From contig CAZIAL010000002.1 in the NCBI GenBank assembly GCA_964536965.1, forward strand, positions 72,326 through 136,325: DNA of 64,000 nt, written 5' to 3'. The notes under the pieces were generated by a model. The model had not been told where the DNA came from. It ran no database searches and saw only the letters and a program-made list of their open reading frames with translations. The stretch is from an uncultured Bacteriovoracaceae bacterium. Lineage in GTDB: Bacteria; Bdellovibrionota; UBA1018. Below, one piece after another: positions 39,593-49,664 of this stretch. How positions within the stretch are numbered: the stretch's first letter is position 1; the number at the start of each line of letters is the position of its first letter. The position numbers and the translations under genes were made by a program.

Positions 39593-41110
39593 TTAAACTT
39601 CGGCGTCGATTTCGCGATCGATCAGCATCGCTTCGATCGCGTTCATATCCAGGTAGAACGTCCGGTCGCGCACGACCGGTTTCACATGCTTTCGGACGTT
39701 CCATATCGTCGCTTCGATTTTCTTCGAGGATCGAAGCGGGCGATGGAACTCGAGCCCGGTGGTGGCGGCGAGCATTTCCATGGCGAGCACTCTGCGCACG
39801 TTCTCCACGATCTTCGTCGCCTTGCGAGCCGCCCATGCACCCATCGAAACGTGGTCTTCCTTATCGGCGGAAGTAGGAATCGAATCGACCGAAGCCGGGT
39901 GCGCGAGCGTCTTATTCTCGGAAACGATGCTCGCGGCGGCGACCTGTACGATCATGAAGCCACTATTCACTCCGCCTTCCTGCACGAGGAAAGCTGGAAG
40001 CCCCGAAAGAGCGGGGTTAATCAGCTTTTCAATCCGCTGCTCCGAAATGCTGCCGATCTCGGCAATCGCGATCGAAAGCGCGTCCATGGCGATGGCGACG
40101 ATTTGGCCGTGGAAGTTCCCTCCCGAGAGCACTTTCCCGCTCGCCGGAAAGACCAGTGGATTATCGGTGACCGCATTCACTTCGCGCTCGAGCACCTGAC
40201 GCACAAAGCGAAGGGTGTCCCGGGAGGCGCCGTGAACCTGCGGCATGCAGCGAAGGGAGTAAGGATCCTGGACCTTCCCGCAGTCTTCGTGGCTCGCCGA
40301 GATCTCGGAATGTTTCCCGCCGGGCGCGAGGATCGCACGCAGTCGGTCCGCGACTTCCTTCTGACCGGGATGCGAACGCACGGCCTGGATTTCGGGTTCG
40401 AATGCATCGGTCGTACCCTTCAGAGCTTCCACCGTAATCGCGCCCGTCAGATCCGCGACGTCGCAGAGATATTCGGCATCGAGGAGCGCGAGGGTCCCGA
40501 GCGCGGTCATGAATTGCGTACCGTTGATGAGGGCGAGCCCTTCCTTCGGCCCGAGTCGGATCGGCTTTATTTTCGCGGCGGCGAGGGCTTTCGCCCCGTC
40601 CATCAGTTTGCCGCGGTAGTAGGCGCGACCCTCGCCGATCAAGACCAGCGACAGATGGGAGAGCGGCGCGAGATCCCCGCTCGCACCGACGGATCCCTGC
40701 TCGGGGATCCAAGGGGCGATGCCCGCATTCAGAACCTTTAAAAGGTGCTCGACGAGCGCGACGCGGACGCCGCTATGTCCGCGCGAGAGGTTCGCCGCGC
40801 GCAGAAAGAGCATCGCCCGGGATTGCTCGATCGTGATCGGATTTCCCATGCCCACGGAATGAGAGCGGAGAAGATTATACTGGAGTTCTTCGAGGTCGTG
40901 CTCGGGGATGCGTACGTTCGAAAGCAGTCCGAATCCGGTGTTTACGCCGTAGATCGTCTCTCCCTTCTCCGTGCGACCGCGCAGATAGCGATACGCCTTC
41001 TCGATCTTCGCCCGTGCCCCCGGAGCGAGAGCGACTTTTCTCTCGGCCCGCGCGATCTCGCGTACGGCTTCGAGAGTGATTTCGTCTCGGCCTAGAACGA
41101 ACGCGGCCAT
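39593..41110 (-). CDS. hutH: histidine ammonia-lyase
   Basis: The ATG at 41110 gives ~505 aa. The MIO-forming [14 protein letters not shown] motif is present. It lies 1 nt after the rpe stop. Confidence 0.95.
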   Translation of the reverse strand: MAAFVLGRDEITLEAVREIARAERKVALAPGARAKIEKAYRYLRGRTEKGETIYGVNTGFGLLSNVRIPEHDLEELQYNLLRSHSVGMGNPITIEQSRAMLFLRAANLSRGHSGVRVALVEHLLKVLNAGIAPWIPEQGSVGASGDLAPLSHLSLVLIGEGRAYYRGKLMDGAKALAAAKIKPIRLGPKEGLALINGTQFMTALGTLALLDAEYLCDVADLTGAITVEALKGTTDAFEPEIQAVRSHPGQKEVADRLRAILAPGGKHSEISASHEDCGKVQDPYSLRCMPQVHGASRDTLRFVRQVLEREVNAVTDNPLVFPASGKVLSGGNFHGQIVAIAMDALSIAIAEIGSISEQRIEKLINPALSGLPAFLVQEGGVNSGFMIVQVAAASIVSENKTLAHPASVDSIPTSADKEDHVSMGAWAARKATKIVENVRRVLAMEMLAATTGLEFHRPLRSSKKIEATIWNVRKHVKPVVRDRTFYLDMNAIEAMLIDREIDAEV

Positions 41111-41111
41111 C

Positions 41112-41801
41112 TCAGTTCCCCGACTCGATCGCGGCGGTAAGTTTTCGGAATGCGGCCGTGCGATTTTTAGCGTCGAAGATCGCCGAACCGGCGACGAAAC
41201 AGTCGGCGCCGGCCTCGCGAATCTCTTTGGCGGTATCGGGAGATACGCCGCCATCGACTTGGATGAGAAACGGATTGTCCCGCCGAAGCTCCGCGAGCTG
41301 GGTGATTTTTCGCAGGGTGGAGCGGATGAACTTCTGACCGCCGAATCCCGGGTTCACGCTCATGACGAGCACCAGATCGACCAGCGGCAGCACTTCTTCG
41401 ATCATCGCCACCGGGGTCCCTGGGTTGATCGAGACTCCGGCTTTGCATCCCAGTTCCCGGATGCGGTTCAGGATCCGGTCCAGGTGCGGAGCGACTTCGG
41501 CGTGCACGGTGATGCAGTCGGCGCCGGCATCGGCGAACGGCGCGAGCCATTCTTCCGGCTTCGTCACCATGAGATGGCAGTCGATCACGCTCTTGGTCTT
41601 TTTTCGGATCGACTTCACGACCACCGGCCCGAGGGTCAGGTTCGGTACGAAATGCCCATCCATGACGTCGACGTGGAGCCAGCCGGCGCCCGCCTTTTCC
41701 ACGGATTTAATCTCCGCGCCGAGTTCGGAAAAGTCGGCGGAGAGGATCGAAGGCGCGATGACCCCCGATTCGAAAGCTTGCATCCAGATCCCTGATTTCA
41801 T
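41112..41801 (-). CDS. rpe: ribulose-phosphate 3-epimerase
   Basis: IAPSILSADF, HVDVMDGHFVPN, MSVNPGFGGQKF and DGG motifs. The ATG at 41801 overlaps the fmt stop (ATGA). The ATG at 41783 is an alternative start. Confidence 0.93.
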   Translation of the reverse strand: MKSGIWMQAFESGVIAPSILSADFSELGAEIKSVEKAGAGWLHVDVMDGHFVPNLTLGPVVVKSIRKKTKSVIDCHLMVTKPEEWLAPFADAGADCITVHAEVAPHLDRILNRIRELGCKAGVSINPGTPVAMIEEVLPLVDLVLVMSVNPGFGGQKFIRSTLRKITQLAELRRDNPFLIQVDGGVSPDTAKEIREAGADCFVAGSAIFDAKNRTAAFRKLTAAIESGN

Positions 41802-42757
41802 GCGTTCGAGCGTACCCGAAGAGGCAGGGGGATTCCACGTCCCCGTAGACCATTCAGGTAAGCCGACGCGTCGAGTTCTTTTTTCCCGTCGGGTTGGATT
41901 CGCTGGAGTTCGAGCCCCCCCTGGGAGGTGCCTAGAAGGAGCATTCCCGCTTTTTCCTGGAGCTCGCCCGGTCGGACGGAGAGATCCGCATGCACCTGGG
42001 TTTGACGCACCTTGATCCGTTCGCGTTTTTCACCGATTTCCAGCCAGATGCTGGTCCCGGGCCAGGGATTCAGCGCGCGGACGCGCCGATCGAGTTCTTC
42101 CGCGGAAAGCGCGGGATCCAGGCCTTCCATTTCCTTCGTCAGTTTATGCGCGATCGTGACGAGCGCTGGATCTTGCGCGCGCCCTACGAGCGTGCCCGCG
42201 GCCAGGCCTTCAAGCGTCGAGAGGATCAGGTCCCCGCCCATTTTCGCCAGCCGGTCGTGAAGGGAACCCACGAATTCGCGCGGCTCGATCTTCGTCTCGA
42301 CCTGTTCGTAAATATCGCCCGCATCGAGCTCACGGACCATCTTCATGGTCGTCACCCCGGTCACCGCGTCCCCGGCCAGCATCGCATGGTGGATGGGAGC
42401 GGCGCCGCGCCACCGAGGGAGCAATGAGGAATGGATATTCACGCAGGCGACTTTCGGCAGGTCGAGGACATTCTGGCGAAGAATCTGTCCATAAGCGACC
42501 ACCACCAGCGCATTGGGCGCGAGCGCCGCGAGTTTTTCGTATTCTCCGGGCAGCGTCAGTTTCTCCGGCTGGAAAACGGGCAAGCCTAGTTTGAGCGCGA
42601 GTTCCTTCACGGGAGAAAATTTTACTTCGAGCCCGCGCCCAACCGGTCGATCCGGTTGCGTGTAGACGGCGACGATTTCATGCGCCCGATGGAGGTTCTC
42701 CAGCGCGGGGAGGGAGAATCCCGGCGTGCCCATGAAAACGATGCGGAGTTTGCGCAA
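41798..42757 (-). CDS. fmt: methionyl-tRNA formyltransferase
   Basis: 319 aa. IVFMGTPGF, PDRPVGRG, NIHSSLLPRWRGAAPI signatures. Confidence 0.95.
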   Translation of the reverse strand: MRKLRIVFMGTPGFSLPALENLHRAHEIVAVYTQPDRPVGRGLEVKFSPVKELALKLGLPVFQPEKLTLPGEYEKLAALAPNALVVVAYGQILRQNVLDLPKVACVNIHSSLLPRWRGAAPIHHAMLAGDAVTGVTTMKMVRELDAGDIYEQVETKIEPREFVGSLHDRLAKMGGDLILSTLEGLAAGTLVGRAQDPALVTIAHKLTKEMEGLDPALSAEELDRRVRALNPWPGTSIWLEIGEKRERIKVRQTQVHADLSVRPGELQEKAGMLLLGTSQGGLELQRIQPDGKKELDASAYLNGLRGRGIPLPLRVRSNA

Positions 42758-42760
42758 CGG

Positions 42761-43405
42761 CTAAACTCCCCGTCCGCGCGCGGTCTTCGGATCCATGAAT
42801 CCGTCGTGCCCGAAGGCCTCGCGTTCGGCCCGCTCTTTGCGGAGCTTCTTTTGCGCGAGCTCTTTTTTCAGTGGGCTCAGTCGGTCGATGAAAAGTTTTC
42901 CGTCCAGATGATCCATCTCGTGCTGGATCGCGACCGCGAGGAGCTCTTCCGCGTCCAAGGTCTTCGTCAGCCCGTCGATGTCCTGGTACTCGATCTTTAT
43001 CTTCTTCGCGCGCGGAACTTCGGCCGTGTACTCGGGTACCGACAGACACCCTTCCGAAATCGAGGTTTTCCCTTCGGCCTTCAGGACGATGGGGTTGATC
43101 AGGACGATGGGCTTCCTTTGCCAGACGGCGCTCCGTCCGAAGACCTCGGCGTTCTTCGGCGCTTCGGGTGGGAGTTTGCCCGAGAGCTCGTCCGCGAGTT
43201 CCGCGTAATCATATTCGACGTCGAGCACGAGGATACGCTCGAGAATGCCCACCTGGTTCGCGGCCAGTCCGATGCCCGGAGCGTCGTACATCGTTTCGAG
43301 CATGTCGTCGGCGAGCTTCCGGTGCGACTTCTCGATCCGGGAGATCGGAAGCGCCTTCTGGGTCAGAACGATGTCCGGGAATGCGTAAATCTTCAGCTTC
43401 GCCAT
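42761..43405 (-). CDS. def: peptide deformylase
   Basis: GIGLAANQVG, EGCLS and HEMDH motifs. Has an extended C-terminus. Confidence 0.95.
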   Translation of the reverse strand: MAKLKIYAFPDIVLTQKALPISRIEKSHRKLADDMLETMYDAPGIGLAANQVGILERILVLDVEYDYAELADELSGKLPPEAPKNAEVFGRSAVWQRKPIVLINPIVLKAEGKTSISEGCLSVPEYTAEVPRAKKIKIEYQDIDGLTKTLDAEELLAVAIQHEMDHLDGKLFIDRLSPLKKELAQKKLRKERAEREAFGHDGFMDPKTARGRGV

Positions 43406-43438
43406 GATGTCCAGGAATGGTTGTCCTATAGCCCCCGA

Positions 43439-44515
43439 CTACTTCTCTTGTCGGGAGACCAGTATAAGCGCAAATGCCGTAAAAATCAGCGTCGGAGCCC
43501 AGGCCGCGATCACTGGAGGCAGTGCGCCATTCGTGCCTAGGGATAGTCCGATCGAATAGAAAAGCCAATAGAAAAAGGTCACCGCGAGACAGATGCCCAA
43601 GTCCTTCGCAAGGCCGCCCTCGCGTCGTCCCCGAACGGAAAACGGAACGGCCATGATGCACATGACGATCGGGATGAAACTTAGGCTGAAGCGGGAGTGG
43701 AATTTCACCTGGTAGGATTTCACGTCCAGACCCGCGTTCTGGTTCCGGCTGATATAGGTATGCAGCTCGCGGAGGGAGAGTCCGTCCACTTCCTTTTCGA
43801 TTTCCTGGAAGTCTTTGGGTGTTTCCGGAATCGTCAGCCGAAGCTCGTTAAATTTCTGGTTTACCGGAAATGGATCGTCGGCCATGAACTGCGTGACCGT
43901 ACCCTGGAGGAGTTTCCAGCCCTGCGGCGTGAATTTCGCCGTTTCGGATTCGACCGTCTGGACGAGATCGAACTTCTCGTCGAACGAATATACGGTCATG
44001 CCCAGGATCTGCTGCGTTTTCAGGTCGAACGCCTTCAGGTTATAAATCAGGTTTTTCGAACGGTACCAGATCTTCCCCTGCTTCACGTCGAGGTAGAAGT
44101 CCGTCCGTTGTTTCATATCCCGCCAGTAAAAGTTCGTGCGGCGCTTATAGAGAAAGGGCAGCGCGCTATCCTGCAGAAAAAGAGTTCCGACGGAAACCGC
44201 GAAGACGAAAACCAAAAGCAACGACATGATGCGCTTCAGGCTGATGCCGATCGCGAAGACGGCCGTCAGCTCGTTCGTCCGATTTAGGCCCGAAAGCGTC
44301 AAAACCGTGCCGATCAGGACGGAGGGGGGGACCATTTGCACGAAGACGGCGGGGATTTGGTAGAGGTTGAAGATTAAGACTTGGCGGGTCGGAAAGTCGT
44401 TGTCGACGATCATCGCCGTGATCTGCTGGAACATATAGATCGCCGTCAGACCGAGCGACGCAACCGCCAGGTTTTTCAGGAAAAGGGCGATGATATAGCG
44501 GTCCAGCGTCTTCAT
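43439..44515 (-). CDS. LptF/LptG-family (YjgP/YjgQ) LPS export permease
   Basis: 358 aa. MKTLDRYI start, three TM helices, a periplasmic beta-jellyroll-sized region, then three TM helices. Only one copy occurs in the window. Confidence 0.8.
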   Translation of the reverse strand: MKTLDRYIIALFLKNLAVASLGLTAIYMFQQITAMIVDNDFPTRQVLIFNLYQIPAVFVQMVPPSVLIGTVLTLSGLNRTNELTAVFAIGISLKRIMSLLLVFVFAVSVGTLFLQDSALPFLYKRRTNFYWRDMKQRTDFYLDVKQGKIWYRSKNLIYNLKAFDLKTQQILGMTVYSFDEKFDLVQTVESETAKFTPQGWKLLQGTVTQFMADDPFPVNQKFNELRLTIPETPKDFQEIEKEVDGLSLRELHTYISRNQNAGLDVKSYQVKFHSRFSLSFIPIVMCIMAVPFSVRGRREGGLAKDLGICLAVTFFYWLFYSIGLSLGTNGALPPVIAAWAPTLIFTAFALILVSRQEK

Positions 44516-44555
44516 TGTTTCCCGGAAGTCCTATCTTCGCTATTGTAGGCGAATC

Positions 44556-45341
44556 ATGACCGACCCGAAAGAGACTGTTGCCGCCAAGGGCGGGAATTCG
44601 TATTCGACGAACGCGAAGCTCCGTTATTTCTTCGAGCAGGCGTGGCAGCTGGCCGTCGCTCTCCTGATCGTCTTCGCGATTCGCTCTTCGATCGTCGAGC
44701 CCTTTAAGATCCCGTCCGGGTCGATGATTCCGACCCTTTATGTGGGTGACTTCATCTTCGTGAACAAGTTCGCTTACGGGCTGAAACTCCCCTTCTCTGA
44801 TTTTTTCGGCTCCCCGGTGAAGCTCGTCGATCGCGCGCCGCCGAAGCGGGGCGATATCATCGTATTTCTTTATCCTCGAGAGCCCGAGACCCATTACATC
44901 AAGCGCGTGATCGGCCTGCCGGGCGACACGGTCGAGGTGCGAAACAAGGTGGTTCATATCAATGGTGAGCCGATTGCGCAGACGCCGGCGACGCGCGAGG
45001 AACTCCAGGCCCAGCTGAAGGATATCGGCGACCCTCGTTACGGCGATGAGCATATGCAGCTCTTCACCGAAAAACTGAGCGATGGCGAAGTCCACAAAAT
45101 CCTGGTCGACAACAATAACGAGTACACGACGAACTTCGATCCCGCCAAGATCCCGGAAGGGAACCTCTTCGTCATGGGCGACAACCGGGACTTCTCGAAC
45201 GACAGTCGTTTCTGGGGCCTCGTGCCCTTCGAGAACATCTCCGGCCGTGCCGAGATTATCTGGCTCTCGATGTGGTTCGATACCAAGGACAGCGACAAGA
45301 ACTCTTTCAAGCCGGGGCGCATCGGCACCTCTTTAAGGTGA
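44556..45341 (+). CDS. lepB: signal peptidase I (copy 1)
   Basis: SGSMIPTL (Ser box), YIKRVIGLPGD (Lys box), GDNRDFSNDSRFWG. Confidence 0.9.
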   Translation: MTDPKETVAAKGGNSYSTNAKLRYFFEQAWQLAVALLIVFAIRSSIVEPFKIPSGSMIPTLYVGDFIFVNKFAYGLKLPFSDFFGSPVKLVDRAPPKRGDIIVFLYPREPETHYIKRVIGLPGDTVEVRNKVVHINGEPIAQTPATREELQAQLKDIGDPRYGDEHMQLFTEKLSDGEVHKILVDNNNEYTTNFDPAKIPEGNLFVMGDNRDFSNDSRFWGLVPFENISGRAEIIWLSMWFDTKDSDKNSFKPGRIGTSLR

Positions 45342-45342
45342 G

Positions 45343-46101
45343 ATGAGCGAACCGTCGTCGAAACCCGGTTCGAAGCGCTCCCGGGCATTCTTCGAACACG
45401 TCGTCTCGGTCGCGTCCGCGCTATTCCTCGTCTTTCTCGTCCGCTCGAGTTTCTTCGAATCCTACAAAATCCCTTCCGGTTCCATGGTTCCGACGATTCT
45501 CATCGGCGACCACGTCTTCGTGAATAAGTTCGCGTATCGTTTCACGCTTCCTTTTTCGGAATATTTCGGCGATCCGGTCGTTCTCTTCGATCGCGATCCG
45601 CCCAAACGGGGCGATATTCTCGTTTTCGAAAGCCCGCGAAATCCCAAGATCGACTATATTAAACGAGTCGTCGGGCTGCCGGGCGAGACGATCCAGATCC
45701 GCAACCGCCAGCTCACCATCGATGGTAAGATCATTCCGCTTTCGAAACCGCCCGAAGATCAGGCGGCCCATGTCGCGGAGCTCATGTCCGAGTCGAAGGT
45801 CGACGACCATGGGCTCGAGATGATGCAGGAGGAGCTCGGTGAGCGGACCCACTGGATTTTCCTCGATGGCCGAAACTTCGTCTCGGAAAACTTCGGTCCG
45901 TACGTCGTTCCGGACGGCGCGATTTTCGTCATGGGAGACAACCGAGATTTTTCGGACGATAGCCGTTTTATCGGGCCGATACCGATGGACCGCATTCGCG
46001 GGCGCGCGAGCTGGATCTGGCTCTCGATCTGGCTCCGCTTCGACCCTTTCGAGCTCGACTTTCGGCCACTGCGAACCGGTCGCTCGCTCTATCAACTCTG
46101 A
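45343..46101 (+). CDS. lepB: signal peptidase I (copy 2)
   Basis: SGSMVPTI, YIKRVVGLPGE, GDNRDFSDDSRFIG. Starts 1 nt after copy 1. Confidence 0.9.
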   Translation: MSEPSSKPGSKRSRAFFEHVVSVASALFLVFLVRSSFFESYKIPSGSMVPTILIGDHVFVNKFAYRFTLPFSEYFGDPVVLFDRDPPKRGDILVFESPRNPKIDYIKRVVGLPGETIQIRNRQLTIDGKIIPLSKPPEDQAAHVAELMSESKVDDHGLEMMQEELGERTHWIFLDGRNFVSENFGPYVVPDGAIFVMGDNRDFSDDSRFIGPIPMDRIRGRASWIWLSIWLRFDPFELDFRPLRTGRSLYQL

Positions 46102-46829
46102 GACGGAGCCAAACGGCGCGCCATTCGATCGAGGAGGCGGCCGAGAGACTTTCGGAAACTCTCGGGTGCGCGATCGAGAAGTGGGATAAAGCGCGGGGAG
46201 AGCCAGTAATAAAGACGGACCGAAGCGCGGCCCAGCGCGCGTCTGTTCAGTCGTTCATCGCGAAAACTGCGCAGGCCCGGAAGGGTATCGGCCGAGGTCA
46301 CGTCGAGGAGGGAGGTGGCGATGAAACACTTCTCGCCGGTCAACGCGGTGTAGGCCGCTTTAAACTCCGGCCGGTGTTTGCATCGACCGCTCCCTAGGTA
46401 TTTCCGGAGGGCTTCCGCGGAGAGGGCTTGAAAGGGCATGCCTTTCGAAAAGCTGACATACTTCTGGAGGCAGAGGTTTAGCTCCTCCTTCTGGTGCGCC
46501 CGCTTGGCTTTGTCGTAGAGCTTGGCCATGTCCCAGTAGATTCCCGAGAGCATCACGATCTCGTAGAGATCTTTCGTCCGATCGAAAAGATCGAGGGTCA
46601 GCCCGTCCTTCCCGCTCTTCTTCCACATTTCGAGGATGAGAATGTACTGCTGATACTTCTTCACGCTCTCGATGACTTGGCCCGCCTGGGAAAGTTTCAC
46701 GCCTTCTTTGGCGATTTCGACGCGACGGCGGAGAAGTTCCTTGCGCTGCTCTTCCTGCTGACGACGAAGCTGCTTCTCGATTCGCGAACGTAAGATCGTG
46801 CGCGAGGGTCGTTCCTTTTTTTCGCTCAT
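46092..46829 (-). CDS. hypothetical protein (basic coiled-coil N-terminus, C-terminal CFIATS...FRD motif region)
   Basis: 245-aa ORF, 7 nt downstream of priA. The C-terminal segment CFIATSLLD...LRSFRDERL...RLYYWLSP resembles the CFIA...LR-FRD motif seen at the C-termini of some bacterial and archaeal proteins. This is from recollection only. Confidence 0.5.
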   Translation of the reverse strand: MSEKKERPSRTILRSRIEKQLRRQQEEQRKELLRRRVEIAKEGVKLSQAGQVIESVKKYQQYILILEMWKKSGKDGLTLDLFDRTKDLYEIVMLSGIYWDMAKLYDKAKRAHQKEELNLCLQKYVSFSKGMPFQALSAEALRKYLGSGRCKHRPEFKAAYTALTGEKCFIATSLLDVTSADTLPGLRSFRDERLNRRALGRASVRLYYWLSPRFIPLLDRAPESFRKSLGRLLDRMARRLAPSQS

Positions 46830-46836
46830 TCGAGTC

Positions 46837-48909
46837 CTATCCTAACCCGTAGGGATCGACATCGACAAGGAGGGGGAACTTTTCGCGTTGGGCGAGTTGT
46901 TTGGCGAGGGCGATGGAATGACCGAGTGAACGGACGGACGAAGACTTGATCAGAAGGTCCCAACGGTAGATGCCCTTGGCGCGTTCGAGGAATGCCTCGG
47001 AAGGCCCGAGGAAGTCGAGCTTGCCGCCCGGGTCCTGGCTCTCGAGCTGCGACCGCGAGCTTTCGAGGTGCCGCACGATTTGTTCGCATCGGCTAACCGC
47101 CTCCTGGCGCTCGGTGGACTCGATCCGGAGGCGGGCCATGCGGCCGAAAGGAGGATAATCGAGCGCTTTGCGAAGTTCGATCTCTTCGGCCAGAAAATCG
47201 GATTCTTCCCGAAGGCCCATGAGCACGGCCAATACGGGCGCGTCCGGCTGGTAGGTCTGGATCAGGACTTTGCCCGGGAGTTCGCCGCGACCCGCGCGGC
47301 CCGCGACCTGGGAGAGGATCTGGAGCGCGCGCTCGGGCGCCCGAAAATCGGGATAACGAAAGAGGGCGTCGGCCAGCACCACGACGACGAGCGTGACCTT
47401 CGGAAAATCATGCCCCTTTGCCAGCATCTGGGTGCCGAGGAGGATCTGGGCCTCCCCGTTGCGAAACGCGGTCAGGGTTTTTTCGAGTCGGCTCGCGCTC
47501 GTGACGGCGTCACGGTCCAGACGTAGAATCTTCGCTTCCGGAATCAGCTTCGGGATTTCTTCCTCGAGACTTTCGGTACCCGCGCCGATCGGGTCGAGAT
47601 CCACGGCCTGGCACTTCGCGCAGAAATCCGGAATCGCTTCCATATGGGCGCAAACGTGGCAGCGGAGCTCTCGGGAGCGTTTGTGGACCGTGAGGGATAT
47701 CGAACAATTCGGGCATTCCGAGATTTCCCCGCAGTCCCGGCAGCGCAGGAACGCCGCGAAACCGCGGCGATTCAGATAAATCATGACCTGCTCGCCGCGG
47801 GCGATCGTTTCGCGGATCGCGGTCAGGGTTTTTTCCGCGATCGCGGCCTGGATCCCTTCGACCCGTAGTTCTTCCGCGAGATCCACGAGCTCGATCGCCG
47901 GCATTCCCCCGGATGCGTATCTACCTGGCAAGTCGAACTTCTGGTAACGGCCCTCGCGAGCGCGTTCGCGCGTTTCGAGGCTCGGGGTCGCGCTTCCTAA
48001 GACCACCAGTGCGCCGACTTGTTTCGCGCGGACGATGGCGAGATCCCGTGCGTGGTAGCGGACGCGGTCGTCTTGTTTATAAGTCGGGTCATGTTCCTCA
48101 TCGACGAGGATCAGCCCGAGATCGGCGATCGGGGCGAAGACCGCGGAACGCGCGCCGACGACGACGCGAATCTCGCCGCTCCGGAGCGCCGCCGCCTGGT
48201 CCCGGCGCTGGGCGTCCGGCATCGCCGAGTGCCAGCGCGCCACCGCCTCGCCGATTCCGCTTTCGAGCCGTTCGTGGAGCTGGGAAGTCAGCGCGATTTC
48301 GGGAACGAGGAGGATGACGCCTTTCCCTTCGGCGAGTACCTTCTTCGCGAGCTCGATATAGACTTCGGTTTTTCCGCTGCCGGTCACTCCGTGGAGGAGG
48401 GCGACTTTAACTTCGGTTGCCGCCGCCGGAGTCCCGCGAAAGTCTTCGAGCCCGGCGAGGGCTTGGGCCTGGTCGGGATTGAGATGGATGATCCGAGGCG
48501 CGACGACGTTTCTCGAAAGCGACTTGGCTTCCCGTCGCGCAGATCGAAGTCCGAGCGATGCCGGCGGACAGGCGGCCGCGAGCAGCTCTCCGAGGGGTTG
48601 GGCGTAGTAGCGGGATGCCCATTTACAGAGTTCGAATACGTCGGGCGGGATGCGGTCTTCGTCATCCCCCCATTCGAGGATCGTCTTCAGCTTCGCGGGA
48701 TCCACCCCCGACGAAAGCTCGGAGAGTGGTTTCGGTTCTTCGACCACGAAACCGAGCACGGTCGAGCGGCCGAAGGGCACGCGAACCCAGGTTCCGGGAG
48801 AAAGCGCGGTGAGCGAATCGGGCACGGCATAGGAAAAAAAGGAATCCAGCGGCCGTGGTACGGCGACCGAAACGATCCGAGGTGGAATTAGCGGACCCAC
48901 TGCACCCAT
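46837..48909 (-). CDS. priA: primosomal replication-restart helicase PriA
   Basis: 690 aa. Walker A GVTGSGKTEVY, DEEHD box, Cys-rich zinc insert (CRDCGEISECPNC...CHVC...CAKC). Confidence 0.93.
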   Translation of the reverse strand: MGAVGPLIPPRIVSVAVPRPLDSFFSYAVPDSLTALSPGTWVRVPFGRSTVLGFVVEEPKPLSELSSGVDPAKLKTILEWGDDEDRIPPDVFELCKWASRYYAQPLGELLAAACPPASLGLRSARREAKSLSRNVVAPRIIHLNPDQAQALAGLEDFRGTPAAATEVKVALLHGVTGSGKTEVYIELAKKVLAEGKGVILLVPEIALTSQLHERLESGIGEAVARWHSAMPDAQRRDQAAALRSGEIRVVVGARSAVFAPIADLGLILVDEEHDPTYKQDDRVRYHARDLAIVRAKQVGALVVLGSATPSLETRERAREGRYQKFDLPGRYASGGMPAIELVDLAEELRVEGIQAAIAEKTLTAIRETIARGEQVMIYLNRRGFAAFLRCRDCGEISECPNCSISLTVHKRSRELRCHVCAHMEAIPDFCAKCQAVDLDPIGAGTESLEEEIPKLIPEAKILRLDRDAVTSASRLEKTLTAFRNGEAQILLGTQMLAKGHDFPKVTLVVVVLADALFRYPDFRAPERALQILSQVAGRAGRGELPGKVLIQTYQPDAPVLAVLMGLREESDFLAEEIELRKALDYPPFGRMARLRIESTERQEAVSRCEQIVRHLESSRSQLESQDPGGKLDFLGPSEAFLERAKGIYRWDLLIKSSSVRSLGHSIALAKQLAQREKFPLLVDVDPYGLG

Positions 48910-49664
48910 TGTTCGATGAGCGCGCGCTCCTCCGCGGGGATCGACGAGGAAATGGCCGGCAGTCCCTGCACCTGGATCGCCTTCATATCGGCGAGATCCG
49001 GGGACGTGATGACCTCCATCGCTTCGCCCTTCAGTACGAAATCCCCGCCGCGATAAACCGAGATCGAACGGGAGTAAGGGAAGTTCTTCGAGTATTTCGT
49101 CTCTTCGTACCTGAAGTCGAAACCCCCATGGAGCAGGCGAAGCGGAACGAATTCGTCTTTCAGAACCCAGAGCGCGGTGCCGCCTTCGCCGATCACCCAG
49201 CCGACCTTCTTATCGAGTCGGCCGATCGAGGTTTTCTCGGCGGCGCGGCGCTCGAGCTCGCCGGGTAGCGCGAGGAGTTCCTCCTCGGAGACGATCGGTA
49301 TGCCCGCGTTTTTCAGCGTCGTCACCAGGTGCGCGGCATTCGTTTCGAAGAGAAGAAGACTCGTTAGACTATCGCTCGCGGAGCCAAGCTTTCGTTCGAA
49401 CGCGTAAAGCTCACGATCGTTCTGGTCCAGGAATCTTGCCTTCCACGTCTTCGTCGCGGCGTCGAAGTAACCGATTTCGCGAATCTGCGCATTGGTGCCC
49501 GTGATCCGCGTTTTCACGCGGAGCGATTTCAGAACCCGGTGTTTTTTCGCCAGGGACGAGATGAGGAAATTCGACGGAGGAACATAGGCGTGCGCCGACG
49601 AAGCGATCAAAGCCGAAAGCACTCCGGAGACGAGCAGGACGGAAAACGAGCGGACGGGAATCAT
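48888..49664 (-). CDS. secreted hypothetical protein
   Basis: 258 aa with signal peptide MIPVRSFSVLLVSGVLSALIASSAHA. The ATG overlaps the galU stop (ATGA), and the 3' end overlaps the priA start by 22 nt. Confidence 0.5.
   Translation of the reverse strand: MIPVRSFSVLLVSGVLSALIASSAHAYVPPSNFLISSLAKKHRVLKSLRVKTRITGTNAQIREIGYFDAATKTWKARFLDQNDRELYAFERKLGSASDSLTSLLLFETNAAHLVTTLKNAGIPIVSEEELLALPGELERRAAEKTSIGRLDKKVGWVIGEGGTALWVLKDEFVPLRLLHGGFDFRYEETKYSKNFPYSRSISVYRGGDFVLKGEAMEVITSPDLADMKAIQVQGLPAISSSIPAEERALIEQWVQWVR

Noticed and set aside
39573-39836. N-terminal extensions of hutU (to 39836) and hutH (to 41254), and similar extensions of yggS, rlmE, the PTPS paralogue and the SDR in the ORF track
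   Set aside because: The extensions are Arg/Pro-rich and overlap the preceding gene. They are absent from the family N-termini I recognise. The internal ATGs have SD sequences or ATGA junctions.
44166-45095. 309-aa minus-strand ORF spanning the lptF/G-like start and lepB copy 1
   Set aside because: It overlaps two well-supported genes. The composition is Arg/Asp/Leu-biased and no motifs are present.
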